Assembly (NCBI GenBank): GCA_907165135.1
Contig: OU015568.1
Span: 6,634,001-6,698,000, forward strand
DNA: 64,000 nucleotides
Direction of reading: 5' to 3'
DNA from: Oikopleura dioica
Taxonomy: Eukaryota; Animalia; Chordata
The notes under the pieces: generated by a model
Told to the model about the DNA's origin: nothing
Databases searched by the model: none
Seen by the model: only the letters and a program-made list of their open reading frames with translations
Translations under genes and position numbers: made by a program
Part shown: piece by piece, positions 1 through 10,598 of the stretch
Numbering within the stretch: position 1 is the stretch's first letter
Layout: each line of letters opens with the position of its first letter

Positions 1-234
1 GTACTTGTGTATAATCTGGCCATTCTCGAACGACTCACCCATCCCATCAAGAAAATTTCTGAAAAGCAAACATTCTAGCATTTTTGTTTGGTCCGTACAA
101 TACTTTATCATAACTGGAACGTTTTGGAAGTATAAATGGGCAGTTAGTTTGAACTAAAAATTTGTAACTACTGTAACAGGCACTCTTCTCCTTGCATTTT
201 AAATTTTCCTGTTTTCTTGTGTTTCTTCTTTTTT

Positions 235-1691
235 CTAGAGGCAGACGCAGCGGGACTTCTTCTTCATGCCTTTCTTGCCCATCAAAGCCGAGGTGGTTGC
301 CATTTGGAAAACCCCTAAATAAACAATAACACCGATAACCTCTTTGTACAAGGCAAACAGGGCTAAATCGCGGATCAAGACACGAAAAAGGACAAATCTG
401 ATAAGGGTGTGATCTTCAAATAATGATAAAAAAGCAGCTAGATTATACATTTTCCCAGAAGATTTGAAGTAAAAAAATCCAAATTTTCGACTTCTTTCCC
501 TTCTGATTCGATGATATTAAACATAATCGCGTTTGATTTGCTAAAAAACCCCATATAGGAAAAATATAGGCAAATATTAGTGGCCATAAATGCCATTTAT
601 AAGTAAAAGATTTTTGCCCTCTTGATCAATTTATAATAGAAATATACGTACGGATTTTAGAAGCTGATTGTTAAATAAAGACTTCTGATCTCATTTTATC
701 ATTGAACATAAAAATTACTCTCAAAAATTGACAAATTTCAGCGTCTCCGCAAGGGCGTCATAAAGCAGAATATGTCAATATTGTTTCTTTTCACTTACGC
801 TCTACGCCATCGTTTGTCAAAGCGGAACACTCGGCAAATCCAGCCGCGCCGATGTCCTGGCTCAAGCGCTCTCCAGAAATGTACGAGACGCAGCCGGACT
901 CGTTCTTCTGACTGAAAGATCTAGCGTTATTCTTTGCTTTTCTGCCGAAGAGGAAGTGATAAAAGCGGTGATAAAGAAGAGATTGGTGTGTTAAATGAGA
1001 TGAGCATGCATGTGAGTGACTAGGGCTAGCAACAAAATGAGTTGTTTTTGAGAAACTCGTTCTATTGCTAACCCTGGAAGTGAGTGATTTAGGAATTACC
1101 GGAGGTCTTTTTTGAGACCGACAAGAATAATCGGGACATTTGGGCAGAAGTGCTTCACTTCTGGATACCACTTTTCTACACAATGATTAGCAAGACTGAG
1201 CGGACTTTACTGGCTTTGATTATCTAGCAAAATCATGTTCTAGTAGCTGGAAATGTCTACTACTGCCAAAAAGAGGAAGAAGAAGCGTACCTCGGATGTT
1301 GTCAAAAGAGTCTGGGTTGGACATGTCGTAGCAAATTAGAATGACATCAGTATCTGGGTAGGACAGAGGGCGAAGACGGTCGTAATCTTCCTGGCCAGCT
1401 GTATCCCAAAGTCCAAGCTCGACGTGTTTGCCAGAGTGGACATCGATGACGTCGGCGATGTAGTTTTCAAAGACAGTGGGCACGTAGGCTAAAAGAGTCG
1501 ATTATCTTGATCTCTACTTACCCAAACCCAAGGGACCCTCTAAGTACTCCCGATAAGTACTCCCAGTCCCATTTATTAACTGTATAACTCGACTTACACT
1601 TTGGGAACTGATCTTGCGAGAAAACCATGAGAAGACATGTCTTTCCGGAGCATCCGTCTCCGACAATCACTAACTTCTTGCGTACACTCAT
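235..1691 (-). CDS. RHOA: RhoA-like small GTPase (spliced, 5 coding exons)
   Basis: Joined exons read [41 protein letters not shown]...[22 protein letters not shown]...[26 protein letters not shown]...ECSALT...[25 protein letters not shown]. Introns are GT-AG and the protein ends in a CAAX box. The exact paralog is uncertain. Confidence 0.9.
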
Positions 1692-1845
1692 TCTAGAGAC
1701 TGATAATACTGTAATTTGCAAAACTACTGTATTTGATTTGTACAACTATATTTGTTTTTGTTTTTATCAAATAAATAATATTCATACTATTCAGTACTGC
1801 TCAATCGCTGTTAGAAGAAAAAAGGGTTGAAGAAAAGTTTAAAGT

Positions 1846-3557
1846 CTACATAATTTTTGTGTACTGCGGTCGACCATAAATACAGTCTCTCTCCCTCGAG
1901 CGCACATTGAGCCGAGGGATGAAAACACTGAGAAATGCTAGAATTGGATAAGGACCGAAGATGAGCCGTAAATTAAACGCGCTGCCCTTCGAGTAGCTAA
2001 AGTTTTTCTTCCGATGGTCGTAGTCAGTTTGATTGTTGAGAATTAGTCGAAGTTGGTGTTGAAAAAGCGCTTCAAATTGGTGCTAAACTTATCTCTCTTT
2101 TCGCAAATTTTTAAAGATCAAGTTGGAAATCAACGATAAATACGAGGGGCTCTAGAAAGAAATCTTTGCTGAACCAATTCCTGAAGCAAATAGAAGCGAA
2201 GCAAGCTGAGCCGCCACAGTGACCATCACAAAGCTCCCAGACCAAGTTGAATAGCCAAAGAGAGGCATGAAAATGTAGAAGGGCGGCAAGAAATAACCAA
2301 ATAACACGCGCCAGGACAATTCTAGCGGCATGTAGTGCTGCTTTTGTTACTCATGTTAATTCTTAATTCATAGAAAACTCGATAAATACCGTTTTATCAG
2401 ACCTTTTAATGAAAATATCGATCAAAAATCTGTAAAAATCTCGTATTAGTGGGTTTATTAGCGGTAATTTATTGATTTTGAGAGCTTATTTCGTTATTAA
2501 ATGATTCCTAATTGCATTTGAAAATGACTTATCCAAGGATTTCTTTGAGTTGGAAAAGTATCTCTTTTTTGACTATCTGTTTTCTTGTTTTTTTTTCTTC
2601 AAAAAATTGATGTAAAAGCACCTGAGCTTGAAGAAAATGCGCATTGATTGATGGATGGATGTATTTTGTAAATGTATTTTTGTGGATGAGTAACTAGCCT
2701 TGGATAAAAGCGGGGCGCATAGAAGTAGCCCATAGCAGCAGGCTAATATGATCCAGAATAAAAAGAAGACGAAGTTGCGCTGATTTCCCAGGCCAATGCA
2801 GACCCCGGTGAAGTGACAATGATGATTGCGCTAGTGTTCAAAATAAGAAGAAGGGCGTAATCGATAGCTACCCACCTTGAGAATGCAAGCGTCACAAAGG
2901 GGACAGTGGTGGCTGCGTGGCGGCCGATGCGTGTGACAAATGCTGCAGAAGTCCCAACCTCGCGGCGGGTTGTCGAACCAGACGCTAGAATTATTTTTTT
3001 AGAGAAATTGATTGTTTCAAATAGCTCTTTTCTCCCATATTTCTAGCCCTTATGTCTGGGGGCCGTATTGTGCCAAAGACATAGACCCAGCTATTGAGCC
3101 AATCAAAAACGAATATTTCGATCTACAGCCAATCAAAACCCACGATTTCTAGATCAATAGCGCACCTTATTATCCCAAAAATCGAACTTGATTTTGAACT
3201 TACCCGTCATTGAAAAGAGGTTGAAGTCTTCGAACTTGTTTCCAGTGTGAATAAATTTGAAAGAGAAAGATGCAGTGAAGAAAAAAGTGAAGTGTTTGCG
3301 AGTTCTTTGAAGCGGTTGGCACGTTGAAGAGGTTAATGACGAGCAGGGAGGCGAGTATCACCCCGCAAATGACCCATTTTGAGCAGAAGAAGAGCCTGAA
3401 TCTCACTTTGAGCGCTAGAAATAGAGCAAGAGACGCACCTGCGCCCTTCCTCTGGAGTTTGAGCGTTCACAATCCTGCGAGTGCGACGCAAGCAGCCCCG
3501 CGACCTGTGTGTCTTTTTCGAGCTTATCGCGACATCAATGACGGTGTCTGCATACAT
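1846..3557 (-). CDS. DHHC-family palmitoyltransferase, ZDHHC22/24-like, with NHHC motif
   Basis: Exons read CSICHTHRPPRSHHCPLCDACILK|RNHHCHFTGVCIGLGNQRNF. Hydrophobic helices flank this, and the C-terminus is NQTDYDHRKKNFSYSKGSAFNLRLIFGPYP...TKIM* (stop 1846-1848). The 5' end is not resolved. Confidence 0.8.
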
Positions 3558-3785
3558 CCATGTGCGATTTTTGGGTTATCGACAAGCGAACTTATGCTAG
3601 CAAATACTGATAGCGCGCGACAGGGACAGAACTGGTATTTTATGCAACTGAGAAATAATCAAAAAAACATTCTAAAGTTCATTCTTTTTTGACTTTGGAA
3701 AAAGGCGACATTTGAAATGTTGAATATATTCATGTGTGTAAAGCAGTATTGCACGATAAAAACTGAACTGTCAAAAACAAAAAAA

Positions 3786-4515
3786 TCAGATCCAGCCGGA
3801 ATAAAATAAAATAAGAATAATACAAAAGCCTATGACGACGCCCATGATCAAGGAGTCGCGTCTCTTGCGGATTTGAATTCGCCCTATGAGACTGTTCAGC
3901 ATCGGGAACTTTTGGCCCAGCTCGAGGAAACGTTTGTTGATGCCCTTGTACAAACTGCGCTGGAAACGGAGCGACTCTTGCGTGTCCATAGCGATCTTGA
4001 TTGCCTGATCGGCTAAATTGTGGCTGCTGTTTTCAGAGTTTTTAAAATCGACTTCAACAAATCAAATCAACAATTTTAAACCCTTTCCTTTTCAATTTAT
4101 CATTTTCTTTATTCAAAACTTGTTCGTTCGAAAACGACTTGTTGCGATAGGCTTCGATATCATTTCTGACTGATCCGAGTAAATCAACCCTATTCTTCGA
4201 TGCTCTTGATTTCTCCTTTGCCCTCTTGAATTGCGAGTAGTAGTCGGATAAGACGTCTCTGTGGCGTGAAACTTTGTGCTGCAGCGCGACTAGAAGGCAC
4301 TCCTTAGAAATTTTGGAAATCAAGGAAGACTTACATGAAGGCGAGGATGATATTTTTTGCTCTGCTCCGTCGATTATTTCGGTTAGTTCGTCTAGCAGTC
4401 GATTTATGTCGTTCTCGAGATGGTCTACGTTCGCGAAACTCTGTGGGTTGAGAAAAGAAGCGAGTTTTATGTCGAGCTGAGCTTCTGTCTTGCGAAACTG
4501 TATCTCCCAACTCAT
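3786..4515 (-). CDS. GOSR1: Golgi SNARE GS28/Gos1
   Basis: MSWEIQFRKTEAQLDIKLASF...QHKVSRHRDVLSDYYSQF...KFPMLNSLIGRIQIRKRRDSLIMGVVIGFCIILILFY, with a C-terminal TM anchor. Confidence 0.9.
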
Positions 4516-4718
4516 TTTCTATTTTTTTTTTCTGAAGACGCAAAAATTATAAAAGAATCAGACACAATTTTCAATCTCAACAGATTTTTATATTCAATCA
4601 GAGTTCAAAAGTCAGGAACAGTTCAGTGGAGTACTGTAACATTACTGTAGCAGATCTGGAGATTACGTAGGGAGCAGTTTTTCTTTCTAACATTCGAGCG
4701 GGTCGACATTCCGACGAT

Positions 4719-5360
4719 TTAAACAGAACAGGCGGTTGGGAGCTTCTGGATGTCCTGAAAAACGAATGAGGGGCTGTTATGACTGGGCAAGTTACCTTGA
4801 TGGCCTTGCCAAAGTCGCTCATGTACTCCTCGCCGGGCTTGACGAGCAAGACGCAGGTGGGGCGTTTGGAGCCGATGGCAGCTCCGAGATCGTGCTTCGA
4901 AGGAACGAAAACGTATGGAATGTCGTTGTCCTCAAAGATGCAAGGCAAATGGCTAAAAAAGTTGTTCAAACAAACGTTGTCGTATTGCTGCTTTACCAGT
5001 AAACATCGATTGGGAAGGTGTCTCCAGCAAGGACGGCGAAACCCTTCTCGCCTTTCTTCACGTACTTGATCACATCCTAAAACCGAATTAACCTGTTGAA
5101 ACGGGTTAAGAAGTGCTCTACCTTGACGCCTCTTCTAAGGCATGTCTTGTCCTTTGATGCTTTCTTCGAACACTTGAAGATGCGCTTGCAAAGCTTTTTC
5201 GAAGCAACAGGCTTGGCGATGTCGTTCATCAAGCCGAGTTGCTCTAGAAACCCCCTGTAATCATTCTTACGATCAAGCCTTTTTTACCTTCGTAGCTGAT
5301 TCCTTCAGTCTCCTCGACCATAGATTCGTCCATTGTGGCTTCTTCCTCTCGTGGTGGCAT
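4719..5360 (-). CDS. NHP2: H/ACA RNP subunit 2 (L7Ae family)
   Basis: Exons give IAKPVASKKL...RRGVK|DVIKYVKKGEKGFAVLAGDTFPIDVY...HLPCIFEDNDIPYVFVPSKHDLGAAIGSKRPTCVLLVK. Confidence 0.9.
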
Positions 5361-5761
5361 TTTTAGTCAACGAATCAAATCTTCGAAAAAAGGGTTGAAA
5401 ACATGAGATTTCACGATTTACGAGAATTTCGTTATACATTTGAATAGAAATAGTTTTACAGTCGAAGATAGGAATAAATCCAACTGGGCTCTTGTTGAAT
5501 AAAACGGCCATAAAAGAGAATTATCAAAATAGAACAGAAAAGAGGGTAAACAAGCTTCAAATTTCTATATACAGGAAACGTTGGGATTTGACGAAAAAAA
5601 GACGGTTGAAGATAGAAAATTATGAATTAGAAATAGTTTTAGCGAAATCCCAAATTAGGACCTTTTACATGTATTTACAACATGAAAGTGGACGAAAACG
5701 GAACTAAACGAAGAGAAAAAAATATCGCCTATTTTAGTTAAAAAGGGATGATAATGACTCA

Positions 5762-7659
5762 TCACGACCCGACCATCCCATGGAGCCGGTCACAACTCGG
5801 CCTGGGCATGTTCTGCGCCTGTTTGATCAGATTCTGGTCGCGGTAGATTTGCGCGCGGCGTAATTTTTGCTCGGCTGAAGAGGAAAGGTTCGGGAAGTTG
5901 TGGAATTCAATGGCTTACCATTTAGCGTTTCTTGATAACAATTCATCCTCAAATTCTCCACAAAATCATGTCGCACTTGTCGTTCCACATCTTTCCTCGC
6001 CTTCGAGTTCGCTGGATACGAAGAAACAAAGTCCGATTTGGTCCAGTAATAAATAGGAGGATCTTCTTTTGGAAGCGCGTGCTTGATCACATAACCCCGG
6101 TTTCTGAACACAATCAGAAAGGGAGAACAGAAGGTGGAGACTTACACAGACTTGTGAAGAGAAAACGTCGGGTCGGGCGTCATCAAATTTGAAAATAAGG
6201 AAAGAGCGATGAGGACCAAAAGCGGCATAAATTGAAGCCAGACTCCAGCGCTCCCAGTGTACTAAAAATACGTTAGCATAATAAAAACGGCTACAAAGGG
6301 CTCTCTGGATAACGAATGCATCCATGCGAAGCCTGATTGGATCAAAGGACACGGAGAATGAATTCGTTATCAGTAGACCTTCGTGAAGAAAGAGAAACCA
6401 ACTCATGTTTTTAGAATTTTTAACACTCTAGTTATCGAAAGAAAGAACTACCTCTTCTTCCTCCCTTCTTCTAGTTTCCCGCCGCTAGAATTTTTAGGTG
6501 GCTCGCTTGAGCTGACTTTTTGACTTACTTCTTGTTCATACTGTCGTTGTTGGTGATGTCTTCGTTGCTGATGATGGTTGAAATTGTGGCGGAAATGGTG
6601 CGTTCTGCGCATTCTTTGAGCTGAAAAAGTAGGTTAGAAAAGTGGATGAAAGGGCTTCTTACAGGGAAATCCGCCGCCAAAGAACATGTTAAAGATTTCA
6701 TCGGGGTTGATGTGATCCTCGTCGAAGTGAAAGTGATGGCCTCCGTGACCACCACCGCCACGTGATTGCGTCGCGCCGTCGGCACCGTATCGATCGAAGG
6801 CGGCTCGTTTGTCCCCGTCGGAAAGTGTGTTGTAAGCCGCGCCGATTACTGAAAATAACAAAATCAGATTCTGAACTATTGATCAATAAACATGGGTTCT
6901 TTCTTGATTTCTGAAGGGCTAAGAAAAACAGAAGAATGGTCTTTTTTAGCGCTCACCTTTGAAAGCTTCATCTGCTCTTGGCGCCTGATTTTTATCCGGA
7001 TGCATTTTCAAAGCCAGTTTTCTGTATGCTTTTTTGATGTCGCTATCGCTCGCGGTCTTCTCAACTCCGAGGACTTTGTAGTAATCTTTTCTGGCGGAAA
7101 GAATCTTGTTGACTTGAGAGACTTGTTCGGGAGTGTAGTTCTTTTGCACGGGTTCTTGGGTGGCGGATGCGGCCGATTTTCGTTGACGAGTTGTGGAAGG
7201 CACGGAAGAGGATGATGGCTCGTTCTGAAAGCAAATTTGGGAAGAGGAAAATGTGGAAAGAATGATACCATGATTTAAAAAGTCTCTATTTTCGTCAAAA
7301 AAAGTCAAAAAATAGCGACGATAAAATAAAGCCACGTCGCCTTATGAAAAGCTCAAAATGACGAAATTTTCATTGAATAACCGAAAGATAATCGAATGGT
7401 TCTTTCGTTTAGACATTGTTTTTATTGCTGTTGTATTTCGTTTTGTTACTTACAGTCATATTCTTCGCTTTTTCGAGCAAATTCTTTGCTTGATCCGTTT
7501 CGTAAAGTCTTATCGATTTCTCTATCATTCTTATCGCTTTGTCCTTATCTCCACTTGCGATGCAGCTCCTCGCTCTTGGAATTTTTATCAATTTTTATTC
7601 AGAAATAGAATTTTTTACCTCCGCAAACATTCTTCTGCTGCTTCTTTATTTGAATCCAT
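5762..7659 (-). CDS. DNAJB12: ER DnaJ co-chaperone DNAJB12/14-like
   Basis: N-terminus [40 protein letters not shown]; J-domain with LKMHPDKN; G/F region [15 protein letters not shown]; lumenal C-terminal domain [19 protein letters not shown]. Confidence 0.9.
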
Positions 7660-7739
7660 TTTATGTTTTCTTTATTCTCTTTTACTAATTAATGCCCAAT
7701 TCTGACTATCAAAATCCAAGTCGACGAAAAAACAATTAT

Positions 7740-7870
7740 CCGATAAAAATTCCTGACGCTGGATTGGCGTCGCGCTCGCCAATCAGCGCCGCGGAAAAAT
7801 GAAGTATGAGTCACGCTCATTGATCTCGCCGCGCTGACTCACAGACGCAGTAGTAATCGAGCTCAAGAAA
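7740..7870. promoter_or_regulatory. Candidate bidirectional promoter core
   Basis: Lies between divergent ATGs at 7659(-) and 8319(+). Contains opposed ATTGG...CCAAT boxes, a TGACG half site, and TGAGTCA / TGACTCA sites. Confidence 0.5.
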
Positions 7871-8318
7871 TTCCGAATTCGCCAAGAAGAATGAAAATTT
7901 ACTAAAATGAAACAATTGAAGGAAAAATTCACGTACGGCTAGTAATTCTCAGAGAAAATTCGACGAGATTTTGCTTTGAGAAAATGAAAATAAATAAAAA
8001 TTAATAAAAAGCTGTTTTATTTTGAAATTTTATTCATCAACATCGAAGTTATCAAAAAAAAAAAATATAAAATGAAGCCACTGATATAGCGATATTGGTA
8101 GTTACTATCCCCAGTGTTTATCTTCCCTGGAACATTCTGACTGTACTCTCTGTTACGTAACTCTCTAATCTCGTGCCAGAAAACAGTTCTCTGCTCAATC
8201 ATCCTTTCAAAAAATGACGCGTTTTTCTGAATTCAGAGATTCGCCAAATTTCCCTCTGGATCAAGAAAAAAAAGAAGAAATAAAATCTAGAATCAACGAA
8301 TAAAAAAAATACAAAAAA

Positions 8319-9075
8319 ATGGCCGACGAAGTGAAGGAAGAAACCAACTCGATCGTTTTTCTCATGGTCAGGTACTCATCAAATCCGCCATTTTTCTACT
8401 TTTTCATCCTTTTTTTCAAAGATGGAAGAACAAGACAATCTATTTGGACGCAAAAGAATCCGACACCGTGGAAGTCATCAAGAACCAAATCGACAATTTG
8501 CTGGCCGTAGAAAAGTCCAGCCAGCGACTCTTCAAAATGGACAACGGAAAACCGAGCCAGGAAGAACTCATTGATCCCAAATCGCTCGTCAACTGCGGCA
8601 TCACCGGCACTGCTACTACTGCTTATCGGTTAGTTTTGAAATCAAGGGCCATAAAATGAAGTTTCTTCCCATCTTTCTGTAGTTTTCCGTGCACTCTAAA
8701 GGCATTTATAGTAAAAAAAATAACAGTCATGGAATCATACGAAAAGATAGTGACAAATTTCTGAACCCCTTAAGGGATAATATTCTCAACCAAATTCAAG
8801 GCTCAAGGAAACCTAAGTCAGGGTTTGACAGATGACCTGGATTGTTCAGAGCGTCTTTCAGACCCTGACTCGGGTTTTTAACACAGGTTTCTCCGCCCAG
8901 AATCAGGCCTTATTTGAAGAGTCCCAGTTTTAAACCACTTTTCAGCCCGTTCGAAATTTGCCTCTCCCCCGACTTCGGAAACGGCTTTGAAGAAGCGGAA
9001 GTGTGTCCTTACTCCTCGCCGCCTGATCTGCCCGGCGTTTTCATCCCCGACAAGACCGAATCCAAAGAAAACTGA
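8319..9075 (+). CDS. ELOB: Elongin B
   Basis: VFLMVR...IYLDAKESDTVEVIK...QRLFK...KSLVNCGIT...YSSPPDLPGVF, matching the Elongin B ubiquitin-like fold and SSPPELP tail. Confidence 0.85.
8798..8900. mobile_element. Foldback MITE family 1, degenerate copy (ELOB intron)
   Basis: aaacctaagtcaggg...ccctgactcgggttt inverted arms. Confidence 0.6.
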
Positions 9076-9327
9076 TGAGAAAGAACCAACTTCCTTCAAT
9101 TATTATTATTCGAAATTCGAATCGTTCATTTAGAATTAGGATTTGCGTATATTCTTATTCACCCTCCTTTTTTATATATTTTTCCTCGAAAAAACTCACG
9201 ATTCCCTGGATTCTTACATGTATTTTTTTTGTTCAACAGTTACAGTTACTTTTTTTCGGACCTTCACAAAACAACAACAATCCTTTTTTTCTTCGGAATC
9301 AAGAGTTTTAACCAGCAGCTTTAGAAG

Positions 9328-10313
9328 ATGTCAGCCACACTCGCTCCTTATTTAAAAGCTGTTCGATCGAGTCTTACTGCCTCTATGTGCATTCAAAATT
9401 TCGACTCTCAGGTACTATTTTCTTAGAAGAAGAAAAATATAAGGATAACTTAATTATCAGCAAATTGCCCAAAAAATTTGGACAAACCTTGAGGATAGTC
9501 CCTAAATTGTCGACTTCGGATGGTCACGTACACACTGATCATACGTGATCATCCAAAATGGACAATTTAGGGGCGTTCATCGAAGATTTATCCGAACTTT
9601 TGGAACGATAATCGAAATTTTAGTTCGGCCCCTAAGTTGAAAGTTTAAACCTGAGATAGCAATAGAAGAAAAAAGCGGTCTTATCATCGACCTTCTTACC
9701 TAGTTCTTGACATTTTCCGTTCAGCTCGTTGAGCGATACAACAAGCCAGAAGTTGAAATATCAAGCGGCAAAGAAATTGAGCTGACTCCTCTTGTTATCG
9801 GTATAAATTTAATAATATTTATAATTTCGTGGCTATACAAGCTCCAACTCACTTCCCCACACCAAATTGAAATCCATTTACAGCGCGAAATGAAAAAGAG
9901 AAAGTCCTCATCGAATCTTCTTTCAATTCCATCCGCGTTTCTATCATGATCAAGCAGGCAGATGAGCTAGAAGAAATCCTAGGTAGATTACATGTACATA
10001 GAATCAGGGATGATATGATCTTTAGTGAACAAATTCAGCAGAATTTTGATGCAGCGAGCAGAGAAATTCGCGATTATGAGAAGAAAACCCGTCCCTGGTT
10101 ACACTATTTCCTTCTTGATCACCAATATCCATACTGAAGGTTGCTAGAGTCATCAGAATGTCCCTAAAATATTCTTCAGACATGTACAAAAACAAACTAG
10201 TGGACTTCATCATCCAATTCATGGAAGAAGTGGACAAAGAAGTGTCCGATTTGAAGCTCGCCGTCAACGCGAGAGCCCGAATTTGCGCCGCCGAGTTCCT
10301 CAAAAACTTCTGA
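9328..10313 (+). CDS. ARPC4: Arp2/3 complex subunit 4 (p20)
   Basis: [16 protein letters not shown]...[10 protein letters not shown]...[11 protein letters not shown]...[43 protein letters not shown]. Confidence 0.95.
9474..9600. repeat. Imperfect inverted repeat in ARPC4 intron 1
   Basis: ccctaaattgtc...ggatggtcacgta / tacgtgatcatcc...gacaatttaggg. Confidence 0.65.
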
Positions 10314-10598
10314 GCAAAAAGAAAGACCAAGAAACTAAAAACATGCAACTTTCCTGAAATCATGATTCGCCAAGAGCTTCAACCTAAATCATCAGTATCC
10401 AGAATACAACTTTGAAAAGAAGCAACTTATCACATTTTTTGTGTGCCCAATTATATTTTTTTGTGAATGCGCTCTGTTTTTCAACACTTTCCTATTGTTT
10501 TATTTCTTCTTATTTCCTTCTCAATTCCAACTTCAACAATCAAAACTACTCAAAACAGCCGAAAACTAAACATTTTTCAGGGTTTAGGAATCGGCCGG

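Noticed and set aside
4719-5360. Possible snoRNA in NHP2 introns
   Set aside because: Introns are only ~40-60 nt, with no convincing C/D or H/ACA structure
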